DNA of 64,000 nucleotides from Bdellovibrionota bacterium (GCA_044345405.1 JBIJBE010000012.1:1-64000), one strand, 5' to 3'; counted from the first letter of the stretch, positions 1 to 10,426 are shown. The notes: generated from the letters alone by a model not told the origin. Made by a program: numbers and translations.

Positions 1-276
1 TTCGGCGACCAGGAATGGTCGCCCTCCCGTTGTGCGAGCCCGTGATCCCGGAGGGCGGTCATTCCTGACCGCCGCGTTACGAGGGGCGAATGTCTTTTGT
101 GATATGCGACATTTCGGCGACCAGGAATGGTCGCCCTCCCGTTGTGCGAGCCCGTGATCCCGGAGGGCGGTCATTCCTGACCGCCGCGTTACGAGGGGCG
201 AATGTCTTTTGTGATATGCGACATTTCAGCGACCAGCCTGTCCCGAGCACAGTCGAGGGGGAATGCTCGCCCTCCC
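1..276. repeat. Tandem REP/BIME-like array, 112-bp period (2 full units plus an interrupted third REP; may extend beyond the window start)
   Basis: Units start at 1, 113 and 225. Each full unit holds two opposed palindromes, GGCGACC-aggaat-GGTCGCCCTCCC and GGAGGGCGGTC-attcct-GACCGCC (GGAG foot plus hairpin, as in REPs). Confidence 0.85.
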
Positions 277-300
277 TGCATTGAGAGGTCAGGGAACAAT

Positions 301-339
301 AAAAAAGCCCCGCAGTAGCCTTTTACCTACCGCGGGGCC
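301..339 (-). terminator. Probable intrinsic terminator of the 363..1811 gene
   Basis: GCCCCGCaGTAG...CTACcGCGGGGC hairpin next to an A run (U tract on the minus strand). Confidence 0.6.
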
Positions 340-362
340 CTTATCACGAAAGGCGTTACGCC

Positions 363-1811
363 TTACGCTTGGTCGTCAACCGCGAGAAGGGTCGGACCCT
401 CCTCAGCGTGGTGACCTTCGCTTGAGCCGTGAGACTCATGCGACTCACCACCCTCGAAGCCACTATCAGTTTGAGCCTCTTCAGAAGCTCCCTCACGAGG
501 GATCGAAAGCGTTACGGCCCTCTTCACGTAGTACTTCGAACCGGTCGAAGGAACCGATGAATCACCGAGCTTCTCGACAACCTGATCAGCGACAGCCTCA
601 GGAACGTCAACGAATGAGTAGTTCTCACGAACGCTCACACGGTGAACATCACCAGCGTTAAGACCACACAAGTTGATCACATCCTGCGTCAAAGCCTCAC
701 CAGAGATTCCGTGAGTAGCTCCGGCGCCTACGTAGAGGCGAGCCTCTTTGTCGACCACGATCGGCTTACGTTGTTGGCGCTGACGAGGCTCCGATGAACG
801 CTCTTCGCGCTCACCACGCTCGCCCTGCTCGCCACGATCGCGTCGGTTACCGCGCTCTTGGCGGCCACCATCCCGACGTTGGCGATCACCGCCACGCTCT
901 CCACGATCGCGACCACGACGTCCCTCACGTCGACCACCTTGTCGCTCCTCTTGGCCCTCACCGGCACCCAAGAAGCGAGCTTGGCTATCATCGTCATCCT
1001 CGAAATCCTCGTCTCCACCTTGGTCCTGCCAACGTCCTCGGCTTCCGCGATCTCCACGATCTCCGCGACGGCCACCTTGGCGTCCACCACGACCACGGGA
1101 TCCACCCTCTTCCTCGTCCTCGCCGGCGGACTCGCCAGACTCATCAGCGGCTGGAGCCGCCTTGAGGGAAGGAAGAACGGTCATCGTGTTATGCAGCAGC
1201 AACGCGACGATATCGCGAGCGCTACCATCAGCGAGCACCTTATCAACGAGCTGCCCAAGAGCGGCATCACTCAAGAGCGCCTTCTCTAGAGCCTGTTCAC
1301 GAAGCTGCGTGAACTTGGCGAGGAAGAGCTCCTCTGGAGTTGGAAGATTGCCTTGAGCGAACTCAAGTTTTCCGAGCTTTTTGAGGTAGTGAAAATTGGA
1401 GAGGTCAAGCGCGGCCACCAAGCTGATAACCTTCTTGGTCTTTCGCTCTGTCTCGCTCTCAGAGTACCGATGGAAGTAAACCTCAGGATCGGTTGGAACG
1501 GAGTAGTTTACAACGACATCGAAATCATCAAGTGGAATACCACGAGCGGCGACGTCGGTAAGAACGAGGCAGGCTACCTCTTTCTTTTGAATCTGCTGGA
1601 TCGCCTTGCTCAGCTTGATCTGTGGCACGTACCCAACCAACTTAAGGGAGGAAACGCCACGCTTCTTTAAAATCACATCAGCGAAATCCGCGTCAGAAGG
1701 CGAGTTGCAAAACACGATGCACGAATGGCCACCCTCAAGCTCAAGGATATCGCAGAGCGCTTGTGGCTTTGCTAAGAGCGAAGTGGCGACTTCAAAATAA
1801 ATATGTTCCAT
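363..1811 (-). CDS. DEAD-box helicase-derived protein: C-terminal RecA2 domain, charged linker and DbpA-type RNA-binding domain; no DEAD ATPase domain
   Basis: IVFCNS (motif IV), TDVAARGI (motif V), degenerate motif VI (YFHRYSE), C-terminal RLYVGAG..HGIS..YSFVDVP; AGGAG upstream of the ATG. Confidence 0.8.
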   Translation of the reverse strand: MEHIYFEVATSLLAKPQALCDILELEGGHSCIVFCNSPSDADFADVILKKRGVSSLKLVGYVPQIKLSKAIQQIQKKEVACLVLTDVAARGIPLDDFDVVVNYSVPTDPEVYFHRYSESETERKTKKVISLVAALDLSNFHYLKKLGKLEFAQGNLPTPEELFLAKFTQLREQALEKALLSDAALGQLVDKVLADGSARDIVALLLHNTMTVLPSLKAAPAADESGESAGEDEEEGGSRGRGGRQGGRRGDRGDRGSRGRWQDQGGDEDFEDDDDSQARFLGAGEGQEERQGGRREGRRGRDRGERGGDRQRRDGGRQERGNRRDRGEQGERGEREERSSEPRQRQQRKPIVVDKEARLYVGAGATHGISGEALTQDVINLCGLNAGDVHRVSVRENYSFVDVPEAVADQVVEKLGDSSVPSTGSKYYVKRAVTLSIPREGASEEAQTDSGFEGGESHESHGSSEGHHAEEGPTLLAVDDQA

Positions 1812-2152
1812 AGTTTAATCTACGACTCCTAAATGTAGGGAGACATTACGCGCGGATTGAACACGAACCTTCTGCGGGAGCGCAGAACGGTTCTACAATA
1901 CGACCCACCTATACGTTCCTCAAATACAGCGATCGAACGATTCGGTTCAGACCGCTTTGCTCGCACCCCTCTCTAGTTGGGACCGCTTCCACTCAAACGG
2001 GAAACACCGAAGTGGGGAAGCTGTGCGAATGAATACAAGAAAAGGTCCTCTAGTGACCTTCCTAAATCCTGGTTGGTTAGTCTATACCATTGGAGTGCTT
2101 AGCGGAAGTTTCGTCTATGCTTTTTCGCCCGGCCCGAAGGACCCCCGTCGCC

Positions 2153-3379
2153 ATGACAAGAAACTCGCTTTCCCTCGCTCTTTTGCTCCTCTTTGCGACC
2201 CTTTCGGGATGTCATATCGCGGACCAGGCCGCCAACGTCTTCACCGCAAAAGACACATCCAACTATCTGGTATCACAGCAAATACCACCCATCAGCGCAC
2301 TTACTCCCATGAACTTCCCCGCCACAAAAGGGCACACCGGTGAGGTTTTAGTGATTCACCCCCTCCCCGCCAGCTCCCCCTCGGTCCTCTCTGTCGGACA
2401 GGATGGACGGGTACTGGGATGGGACCTCAGCTCCGGACAGGGGCATGAGATACAGCACCTCAATACCTCCCCAAAAGTACTCGCGGTTGGAGAGACCAAG
2501 GCTCTCATCGCCTGGGCGGATGACCGAGGAATCACCGTAGCCTGCCTCACCGGATGCTCCCAACGAAAGACGTTCTCCCGCTTAAAGGTCAGACCGACAT
2601 CCCTCGCGTTTCATGATCTGGACACCTCCCTCCTGATCGGGGGAACGGATGGTCGGATCTATCGATGGCGATTTATGGCGGAACAGGAAGCTCCCTCAAC
2701 CGAAGATTTGGAGAAAATGGTCGAGCGATACGTAGGCCATCAAACCGTGGCGAGCGGTGTCGTCGGTCACTCAGTCGGTCGAGCCTTCTTCTCGTCGGAC
2801 TGGGACGGGGCGCTCATCGGATGGCTCAGCTACTCCGCGGATGATCACGGGGGATTCTACGACAAGAACCCCTTCAAAGGCCGATTTTATACCGATATTC
2901 CGGCGGCGCAGGTTGCGGCGCGCCCTCACGATCGCGGCATCTCGGCGCTGACGATATCGGAAGATGGAGAGCACATCGGCGTAGGCACTGAGGATGGCCA
3001 CATCGAGGTGTGGCGCGTAAAAGGATTTATGCTCGCCGCGCGCAAACAGGTCCATCAAGGACGGGTAACCGGCATCGCGCTCTCGAAGGACGGCGATCGA
3101 ATAGCGTCTGTAGGAAAAGATTCGAAGGTACGCGTTCACACCCTTGAGGAGGATCCAACCTTCACAATCGTTCCAACCGCGCTTCCCAAGCTTCTTCAGG
3201 AGCTCTCCGACCATCACATACCCCTCGCCCGAAACGTGGCATTCGTTACGCCAAGCAGGCTTGCTGTCAGCACCAAGGATGGCACGTTGGCGGAGGTAAA
3301 ATTGGAAGCACCCGCGAAGACGGTCAAAGCGATTCCGACCCCGAGACAGGCTCCGAAGGCGCGGGATAGCGACTACTAA
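2153..3379 (+). CDS. WD40-repeat lipoprotein
   Basis: Signal peptide ending LSGC; repeats SVGQDGRVLGWD, GGTDGRIYRW, GTEDGHIEVW, SVGKDSKVRV; start moved to ATG 2153. Confidence 0.8.
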   Translation: MTRNSLSLALLLLFATLSGCHIADQAANVFTAKDTSNYLVSQQIPPISALTPMNFPATKGHTGEVLVIHPLPASSPSVLSVGQDGRVLGWDLSSGQGHEIQHLNTSPKVLAVGETKALIAWADDRGITVACLTGCSQRKTFSRLKVRPTSLAFHDLDTSLLIGGTDGRIYRWRFMAEQEAPSTEDLEKMVERYVGHQTVASGVVGHSVGRAFFSSDWDGALIGWLSYSADDHGGFYDKNPFKGRFYTDIPAAQVAARPHDRGISALTISEDGEHIGVGTEDGHIEVWRVKGFMLAARKQVHQGRVTGIALSKDGDRIASVGKDSKVRVHTLEEDPTFTIVPTALPKLLQELSDHHIPLARNVAFVTPSRLAVSTKDGTLAEVKLEAPAKTVKAIPTPRQAPKARDSDY

Positions 3380-3428
3380 TAATACGACCACTGCCCCATC
3401 GCCTCTCCATCTGCTAAACTCTGCGACC

Positions 3429-3986
3429 ATGACATCGTGCTGCTCCCACTCCCCGCTCAAGCGCCGCGCACTCTCACTTATTGTGAGCGTCGCGGCGTTC
3501 ACGATCCTTATCGATCAGATCTCAAAACAACTCATTCTTAAGACATTTCGCCCAGGCGAGGTTCTTCCGGTCATTCCAGGATTCTTCAATCTCACACTGA
3601 CCTTCAACCCCGGAGCCGCCTTCGGATTGTGGTCAAACCTTCCTTCCGGATGGAGGGAGGTCGCGCTTGGACTCTCGATAGCGCTCGCGCTCGTCGCGGT
3701 TATAGCTTTTCTGCTGCACCCCAACTGCCAATCAACGCTCGCCCGAGTGAGCCTCTCAGCCGTGTTAGGTGGCGCCATTGGGAACATAATCGACCGTTTT
3801 ACGTACGGATCGGTTGTCGACTTCCTCGATTTTTATATCAGCGACTACCACTGGCCCGCCTTTAATGTCGCGGACAGCGCGATCTTCCTCGGCATCATGT
3901 TTGTGGTTTTTCTTCCTCACAAGCCGGCGACTCAGGCGAGCGCGCCGACCACCGAGAACGAAACACCATCAAAAAGTCGCGAGTAA
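3429..3986 (+). CDS. lspA: Lipoprotein signal peptidase II
   Basis: DQISK, NPGAAFG, GAIGNIIDR, VVDFL, WPAFNVADSAI motifs. Confidence 0.97.
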   Translation: MTSCCSHSPLKRRALSLIVSVAAFTILIDQISKQLILKTFRPGEVLPVIPGFFNLTLTFNPGAAFGLWSNLPSGWREVALGLSIALALVAVIAFLLHPNCQSTLARVSLSAVLGGAIGNIIDRFTYGSVVDFLDFYISDYHWPAFNVADSAIFLGIMFVVFLPHKPATQASAPTTENETPSKSRE

Positions 3987-4155
3987 TCGCTCTCGGCGTT
4001 CGATTTTCAGATTGCCCGAAACGCTCATAAACCATTAGAATCAGAGAACCGCGAGCGCCCAAACTGTTGGAGCTTCGGTGACAGCACCACTAAGAGCAGG
4101 CGCCGCTCACAATGAGACGAGCCCCGTAATAAATCTCTTCATGAGAGGTAGAGAG

Positions 4156-4467
4156 ATGAAGCGCGTACCCCTGATCATCGCAGCACTTGCAACTATCGTT
4201 ATAACCGGATGTAGCGATCGTCACCAACCACCACCTCCTCTTGATACCTCGATGGACCTCAACGCTCACGAGCCTGAGAAGATGCCGTACGTTGATCCAG
4301 CCCTTCCATCCGGAGACCTTGAGAAGGCGACCGACAAGGAGCGTGAGAGCTTCGAGCAGCTGCAATACGAGCGCATGAAGAAGCAACAGAAGGAGATCGA
4401 CGATCTCCGACGACAAAAGTTCCAAGATGGTTACTACAAGCAACGCTACCCGAACGCCTCTGAGTAA
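4156..4467 (+). CDS. Small hypothetical lipoprotein with coiled-coil C-terminus
   Basis: MKRVPLIIAALATIVITGC lipobox; purine-rich RBS. Confidence 0.7.
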   Translation: MKRVPLIIAALATIVITGCSDRHQPPPPLDTSMDLNAHEPEKMPYVDPALPSGDLEKATDKERESFEQLQYERMKKQQKEIDDLRRQKFQDGYYKQRYPNASE

Positions 4468-4508
4468 CCCCCTCGATCAGTAGACGTATCAATCAAGAGC
4501 AAGTATCT

Positions 4509-5480
4509 ATGACACCATCTCTCTCCCCCTCTCGAGCACTCCTCCTTATTGCGATAACGACGATCGCTCTCACCGGATGCACCAAGCCAAAACAAACGAC
4601 CGCCGTTGGCGCGGCGGCTGGTGGAGCTATCGGCGCGGGACTCGGCGCTATCGTCGGCAACCAAACGGGGAATGCCGGTAGCGGTGTCGCGATCGGGGCG
4701 GTAGCGGGCGCCGCGACCGGAGCACTTATCGGTAACGCGCTTCAGGCACAGCAAGAGAAGGTCGACTCTCAAAAGGAGACTCTTCAACGTCAAGATCAAT
4801 CGATTCGGGCGCAACGCTCAGAGATCGAGGAGCTCCGCCGCATGCAATCCGATACAGGGTACTCATCTGCGCGAACCCAAAACGTAAACGCCTACCTCGT
4901 TGAGCAGAAACGGCTTCAACTCCAAAAGCGCGGACCAGCTCCTCGGGGCCAATCCAGCACCTCAAGCTACTCACCACCACCTCTCGCGATAAGGTCTTCG
5001 GAGCCCCTCGCCCGGTACGAGGCCAAGCCAGCTCCCCTCCCCGTAGAGCCCAAGAGGGTTAAAGCCCCCGCTCCCGTGGGTAAAGGTATCGAAGAGAAGG
5101 ATCTCGCAAGCGCCGCATCGACAAACGCCGAAGCTGTAAAGACCGAGGTGAAGACTGAGGCCGTAGCTATCAAGGATGACACCACCGCGAAAGCAGCTGC
5201 GCCAACACAAGCGAAGAGCGGATGCGAAGAAGGAAAAGAGGCGCGCGACGCGGCGGCAAGTTCGTCAGATGATTCCGACAAGCTCTTCCATCTTCGTAAA
5301 GCGCTTCGTCTCTGCCCGAACAGCGCGGAGACTCACTACGACCTCGGAAAAGCGTATCTCCACATGGACCGCGCCGCTGACGCGAACTACGAGTTCAAGC
5401 AAGCGCTCTCTATCGACCCATCGTTCAAGCCAGCCCAGGAGAGCTTGAAGGAGTTGGATCAGGGGAAGACGCATTATTAA
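4509..5480 (+). CDS. Glycine-zipper lipoprotein with coiled coil and C-terminal TPR
   Basis: LTGC lipobox; GAAAGGAIGAGLGA..GAVAGAATGALIG glycine zipper; TPR-like ALRLCPNSAETHYDLG..ALSIDP. Confidence 0.8.
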   Translation: MTPSLSPSRALLLIAITTIALTGCTKPKQTTAVGAAAGGAIGAGLGAIVGNQTGNAGSGVAIGAVAGAATGALIGNALQAQQEKVDSQKETLQRQDQSIRAQRSEIEELRRMQSDTGYSSARTQNVNAYLVEQKRLQLQKRGPAPRGQSSTSSYSPPPLAIRSSEPLARYEAKPAPLPVEPKRVKAPAPVGKGIEEKDLASAASTNAEAVKTEVKTEAVAIKDDTTAKAAAPTQAKSGCEEGKEARDAAASSSDDSDKLFHLRKALRLCPNSAETHYDLGKAYLHMDRAADANYEFKQALSIDPSFKPAQESLKELDQGKTHY

Positions 5481-5489
5481 GAGCCGCTT

Positions 5490-5517
5490 CAGAGGTCCCT
5501 GACGGGGCCCTTTTTTT
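5490..5517 (+). terminator. Intrinsic terminator
   Basis: AGGTCCC-tgacg-GGGCCCT hairpin followed by a T run. Confidence 0.6.
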
Positions 5518-5618
5518 CCGTCCCAGATCCCGGGTAACAATTAATATAAAAAAACCCCGCCCCCTCAACGCTCTCGCGGTGAGGAGACGGGGTCAGGCGT
5601 TACGCCCTGCACGATTCC

Positions 5619-6872
5619 TTAACTCGCTACGGCCTCGTTATGGAACACCTTTATCGGAGCCTGGGTGCCATTCACCACATCAGGTGTGATGATGACCTCC
5701 TTGATGCTTGAGTTGCTCGGGATATCGTACATCACATCGAGCATACAGCTCTCGATGATGGAGCGAAGTCCTCGGGCTCCGGTTCTCTTCTCAAGAGCCT
5801 TCTGAGCGATAGCGCCGAGAGCTTCCTCGGTGAAGGTCAGATCAACCCCTTCCATAGAGAGGAGGGTCTGATACTGCTTCACGAGCGCGTTCTTCGGTCG
5901 TGTCAGGATCTCGACGAGCGATCCCTGCGTAAGCGGATCCAAGCACGAGACCACTGGCAAACGTCCGATAAACTCAGGGATCATTCCGAACTTGAGGAGG
6001 TCCTCAGTCTCAAGTTGCGAGAGCGGATGTTCTGAACGCTCCGCCATCGGAACGATATTGTTTCCGAAGCCGAGGCTCTTCTTTCCTGTGCGCTGGCTGA
6101 TAATTCGCTCAACGCCGTCGAACGCGCCACCCACAATGAAGAGGATGTTGCTCGTATCGACCTGGATGAAGTCCTGCTGTGGATGTTTACGACCACCCTT
6201 TGGAGGAACGTTGGCTTTCGTTCCCTCGATTATCTTCAGGAGCGCCTGCTGAACACCCTCACCGGAAACGTCGCGAGTAACCGATGGCGTATCGCTCTTG
6301 CGGGCGATCTTATCGATTTCGTCGATGTACACGATTCCACGCTGCGTTCTCTCAATGTCGTAGTCCGCAGCTTGGAGGAGGTTCACGATGATATTCTCAA
6401 CATCCTCTCCAACGTATCCAGCCTCAGTAAGGCTCGTCGCGTCGGCGATTGTGAATGGAACATCAAGGATACGCGCGAGGGTCTGAGCCAAGAGCGTCTT
6501 TCCTGAACCAGTTGGTCCGACCAGAAGAATATTGGACTTCTGAAGCTCAACCGCGCTCTTGGTCGTTTGATTGTTTTGAATTCGTTTATAGTGATTGTGG
6601 ACCGCGACAGAGAGAACCTTCTTCGCGTGGTCCTGTCCGATGATATAATCATCGAGCGAGGTCTTAATATCTTTCGGGGTTGGCACCGAGAGGCGATTGG
6701 TCTTGGTACCGGTGTCCTCAAGCTCTTCAGTGAGGATATCGTTACAAAGATCCACACACTCATCGCAGATGTATACTGATGGACCTGCTACGAGCTTGCG
6801 AACCTCATCCTGCGTTTTGCCGCAGAATGAACAGATCAGATTTCCGCCGTGTTTTCCTGAGTCCTTGGCCAT
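5619..6872 (-). CDS. clpX: ATP-dependent Clp protease ATP-binding subunit ClpX (stand-alone paralog)
   Basis: C4 zinc finger [32 protein letters not shown] loop, GARGLR. Confidence 0.97.
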   Translation of the reverse strand: MAKDSGKHGGNLICSFCGKTQDEVRKLVAGPSVYICDECVDLCNDILTEELEDTGTKTNRLSVPTPKDIKTSLDDYIIGQDHAKKVLSVAVHNHYKRIQNNQTTKSAVELQKSNILLVGPTGSGKTLLAQTLARILDVPFTIADATSLTEAGYVGEDVENIIVNLLQAADYDIERTQRGIVYIDEIDKIARKSDTPSVTRDVSGEGVQQALLKIIEGTKANVPPKGGRKHPQQDFIQVDTSNILFIVGGAFDGVERIISQRTGKKSLGFGNNIVPMAERSEHPLSQLETEDLLKFGMIPEFIGRLPVVSCLDPLTQGSLVEILTRPKNALVKQYQTLLSMEGVDLTFTEEALGAIAQKALEKRTGARGLRSIIESCMLDVMYDIPSNSSIKEVIITPDVVNGTQAPIKVFHNEAVAS

Positions 6873-7349
6873 GGTCGTATCCCCTACAAAACCTTGAGGA
6901 AAATCCCCTTACCATTCAGATGCTCGAACTACGTCAGAAGATTGCATCTTCTTTCATTTCTCGACGCCTCTGAAAGCCAGGCCTAGCTTCGACCAGTCCT
7001 CTTCCACCTCAATTATCTTATCGGCCGATTTGTGCCCGTACTTGAGCGGAAAAACTGCGTTAAATGGACCGTTGGAGCTGTAATAACGCTTGACTTTGCG
7101 CCCCGAGGGGAGAACGAATTGGGTCTACAAACGACACGTTCGCACCGGACAAGAAAATGTTGTGAGCATCTCTCTCCCGCATCGGGAAGGGGTATGTTCG
7201 AGCGAGGGAACAACCCTTGGAGTCACAAACACCATTTCGGGCTCAGGGTAATTCTAACAGAACCGCGCTCCTTGTGATTTGAATCCTAGTAATGATGCGA
7301 AGTCCGTACTACAAAAGTAAGTAGAGAGTTGTTTCTATCCAAAGGCACT

Positions 7350-7619
7350 ATGGAAAAATTCAAAGTTAACGATCGCGTTCGTCGTAAACCGTACACCGTA
7401 ACCCTCGCAACAGATCCGTTCGCGATCAACGACGGGATGGGCGGTGAGGATCAGATTACAACCTATCAAGCTCGTGGATGTATTGGCACCGTGAAGACCC
7501 TTCGCGAGGAGACCACCTTGGCCCACAAGGAATCCCGTGAGCGATCATTGATGGTTCACGTTCTCTGGGACAACGGAACGTTGTCGTATCTTGGGCCTGA
7601 AGGCCTTGAGATGGCGTAG
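7350..7619 (+). CDS. Small hypothetical protein (possible SH3/KOW-like beta barrel)
   Basis: FKVNDRVR..GTV..VHVLWDNG pattern; followed by a terminator. Confidence 0.6.
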   Translation: MEKFKVNDRVRRKPYTVTLATDPFAINDGMGGEDQITTYQARGCIGTVKTLREETTLAHKESRERSLMVHVLWDNGTLSYLGPEGLEMA

Positions 7620-7644
7620 AGCCGTTACAGGTTAATCCTGAAGA

Positions 7645-7685
7645 GGGACCTCTCTGCCGGTGATGCGGTGGAGGGGTCTTTTTTT
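7645..7685 (+). terminator. Intrinsic terminator
   Basis: GACCTCTCTGCCG...CGGTGGAGGGGTC hairpin plus T7 run. Confidence 0.65.
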
Positions 7686-7709
7686 AGGCGCCAACGCGAC
7701 CCGGCAATC

Positions 7710-7832
7710 GGGAGGGCGACCAGCTTGTCCGCCGAAGCTTTAGCGAAGGAGGATCCTGGTCGCCGAAAATGTCACGGATAGCAACGACCATTGCATCGCG
7801 AAACACGGCGGTCAGGAATGACCGCCCTCCGG
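7710..7832. repeat. REP doublet (same family as 1..276) with a ~31-nt hairpin inserted in the left REP loop
   Basis: GGGAGGGCGACCA[gcttgtccgccgaagctttagcgaaggagga]TCCTGGTCGCC...GGCGGTCAGGAATGACCGCCCTCC; linker resembles the reverse complement of the 112-bp unit. Confidence 0.8.
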
Positions 7833-7852
7833 TTCGTAGAGGCTTCAGGGAT

Positions 7853-8473
7853 CTATTCCGCCGCTTCCTGGGACTCCCCCTTCCGACTCTCAAACCTCGG
7901 CTCTCGCCCCTCGATTAACCGCCTAATATTCTGCTCGTGACGCATGACGATCAGAGCGGCGATCACTATGAGCGAGGCGCTCACAGAATCGGAGGCGTTT
8001 GTGACAAGTGCCCACATCGGCACAACCAAAGTTGCCGCGATCGAAGCGAGCGATACGATCTTCCAGATACCGAAACACGCGCCGAAGGTCGCCAATGCGA
8101 CAATAGACGAGGAGGGGTAGAGAATAGTGATAACACCGAGCGCTGTCGCGACCCCCTTACCACCCTTGAGATAGGGAGGCACCGAGAAGCAGTGTCCTAA
8201 TACAACAGCGAAAGCAGCCGCTCCAGGAAACCAAGCGTCGTCAACGAAGAGCCCCGCGATGAGAACGCCGAGCGCGCCCTTGAGCGCGTCCCCGAGCAAC
8301 GTAAGAATACCTGCCCGTTTTCCAACGACACGAGCGACATTGGTCGCGCCGACGTTTCCACTCCCTTTGGAGGTGATATCGATTCGATATACCTTCGCGA
8401 TGAGGAGTCCCGTTGGAAACGCGCCGAGGAGATAAAACGGAACGAGCGATATGAGAATGACGATCATATTCAT
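7853..8473 (-). CDS. plsY: Glycerol-3-phosphate acyltransferase PlsY
   Basis: YLLGAFPTG, GSGNVGATN, DALKG, GGKGVAT, RHEQNI. Confidence 0.96.
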   Translation of the reverse strand: MNMIVILISLVPFYLLGAFPTGLLIAKVYRIDITSKGSGNVGATNVARVVGKRAGILTLLGDALKGALGVLIAGLFVDDAWFPGAAAFAVVLGHCFSVPPYLKGGKGVATALGVITILYPSSSIVALATFGACFGIWKIVSLASIAATLVVPMWALVTNASDSVSASLIVIAALIVMRHEQNIRRLIEGREPRFESRKGESQEAAE

Positions 8474-9135
8474 GCGCGAAGCCCAGCGATAGCTTTTCGA
8501 CGATCAGAGGATCCAAAAACATAGGAACCCGCCACAAGCGCGTTCGCTCCAGCGTTCACACATTGAGGGCCTGTCTGGGCGTTGATACCACCATCCACCT
8601 CGATGGTAACGTGGTGCAACTTCATCGCCTCAAGCTTTCGCTTCAGCTCTCGAATCTTTCCTAAAGAACTAGCGATAAACGGCTGCCCTCCCCATCCTGG
8701 GTTCACACTCATCACGAGCACGAGATCACACACCTCAAGAACATCAATGATGCTCTCAATCGGAGTGCCGGGATTGATCGCGACGCCGTTCTTCATACCG
8801 AGGGAGCGTATCTCCTCGAGGGAGCGATGCAGATGCGGGCAGGTTTCCTGGTGAATTATAACTCGATCCGCGCCAGCTTTTTGAAAGGCTTGGAAGTGTC
8901 GCTCCGGCTCAACAACCATGAGGTGCACATCGAGGAATGTTTTCGTGCGCGCTTTCAGCGCCTCGACTACGTTAGCTCCGAAGGTGATGGGGGGAACGAA
9001 CGCACCGTCCATCACATCCACGTGAAGCCAGTCAGCGCCAGCGGCGACCACATCATCGACCTCTTGTCCAAGCCGCGAAATATCTGCGGCGAGAATCGAA
9101 GGGGCGACAACAACTGAAGGGTGGGGGTGGGTCAT
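8470..9135 (-). CDS. rpe: Ribulose-phosphate 3-epimerase
   Basis: APSILAAD, HVDVMDG, DVHLM, MSVNPG, EVDGGIN; start set at ATG 9135. Confidence 0.97.
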   Translation of the reverse strand: MTHPHPSVVVAPSILAADISRLGQEVDDVVAAGADWLHVDVMDGAFVPPITFGANVVEALKARTKTFLDVHLMVVEPERHFQAFQKAGADRVIIHQETCPHLHRSLEEIRSLGMKNGVAINPGTPIESIIDVLEVCDLVLVMSVNPGWGGQPFIASSLGKIRELKRKLEAMKLHHVTIEVDGGINAQTGPQCVNAGANALVAGSYVFGSSDRRKAIAGLRA

Positions 9136-9340
9136 AGAGGTCTCATCCGAAAAAGCCCTCTCCTCCAAAGAAGGTAACGCGGGCACAACCCCGATAATTT
9201 AACCGTCCTCGAATCAGGGATCTAGCCTGATTGTGAGCTAGCTCAAACCATGGCCCATTTCCTGCAACTCAGACAGATAGGCCAGGATTGGCTCGCTCAC
9301 GGGAAGAGAAGTCGTTGGACATTTTTAGGAAGAGGCGTCC

Positions 9341-10342
9341 ATGGAAATTAACAAACTGCTCTCGCAAACGCCGTCACAACAAGGGGTTACTACCTCCTCA
9401 CCTACCCCTGCCCAAGCTCCCGCCACCACCGACTTTACCAAGTTTCTGTCGGGCGTTCTGACCCCGGACTCGGCAAATAAGGTCAACGAGGAGGATCTTT
9501 TTTCCGCTATCGTCCAGCAGCGGGTAAAGAACACCAAAGGTGACGATACCCTCAAAAAATTTCAAGAGACACTAACCCAAACGAAGGATTCAATGAGACG
9601 GCCCGACGGCAATGTGCCGGTCGAGGACGCCACCAAAGCCGCGCTTATCAAGGCACGAGACACTGGGCTTCTCACGAAGGAGGAAGCGGATACGATCTAC
9701 TCCGAGGCGTTTGAAGCTGCCCAGCTCGATGACAACAAGGAGGTGCTCTACGACGGTCGCGGAGGTGGCAACGATCCAACGATAGCCGTGGCGGCGATGC
9801 AGCAGGCGCTTCTTCTCTCCGGGGGCATGATCGATAAGTTCAATGATGGCTCTCTCAAAGCTACCATTCGCTCCGTTGAAGAGGCTACTAATTCCAAAGT
9901 AGCGACCGCCGCTGGAAATCACAGCGAATCGGGAGGAAGTGGCGGATTCCTGTACAAGCCTGTATCAGATACAACCGGTAAGCTCGTGGTGCTGATGCCT
10001 TCGAAGCTTGCTGGTATGATTGCGGGAGTTAAGATCTACGATCCTTCTGGTAACCTCCTTGAGAGTGGTCGCAATACCGGCAACGGTAACGGAGGCCGAG
10101 ACCACTACCGCTTTAAGAAGACCGGTGCCGCCTATCCTGATGGCCTCTTCGTTGAGGCTACCCTCACCACAGGGGATAAGGTCGTCTACCGTATCAAAGA
10201 GACCTCGAAGAGAACCGAGAACCTCAATCCGATGCAGAACGACGACTCCTCCTCCGAGTACGACGCGAGCGGGTCTGACTCTGAGAGCACTACCACCGGG
10301 GGAGACGCAACGTCGCCTGAGGATTCGGCAGACGCCCTGTAG
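9341..10342 (+). CDS. Hypothetical protein without signal peptide; S/T/Q-rich N-terminus, acidic tail
   Basis: 333-aa ORF with GGAAGAGG RBS; globular-looking GGFLYKPVSD..GNGNGGRDHYRF segment. Confidence 0.75.
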   Translation: MEINKLLSQTPSQQGVTTSSPTPAQAPATTDFTKFLSGVLTPDSANKVNEEDLFSAIVQQRVKNTKGDDTLKKFQETLTQTKDSMRRPDGNVPVEDATKAALIKARDTGLLTKEEADTIYSEAFEAAQLDDNKEVLYDGRGGGNDPTIAVAAMQQALLLSGGMIDKFNDGSLKATIRSVEEATNSKVATAAGNHSESGGSGGFLYKPVSDTTGKLVVLMPSKLAGMIAGVKIYDPSGNLLESGRNTGNGNGGRDHYRFKKTGAAYPDGLFVEATLTTGDKVVYRIKETSKRTENLNPMQNDDSSSEYDASGSDSESTTTGGDATSPEDSADAL

Positions 10343-10426
10343 CCTCACCAGTCCGGTCGTGAACAGTCTCGTGGGGCTGGCCCAAGGGCCTCTCAACACA
10401 TGGTCGCCGCAATTTGACTTGCCCGG

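Noticed and set aside
90-284. 64-aa ORF (and the similar 7684..7893 ORF)
   Set aside because: Translations of the REP repeat units.
363-1811. Frameshifted pseudogene of deaD
   Set aside because: No upstream remnant or space for the DEAD domain; the frame is intact with its own RBS and terminator.
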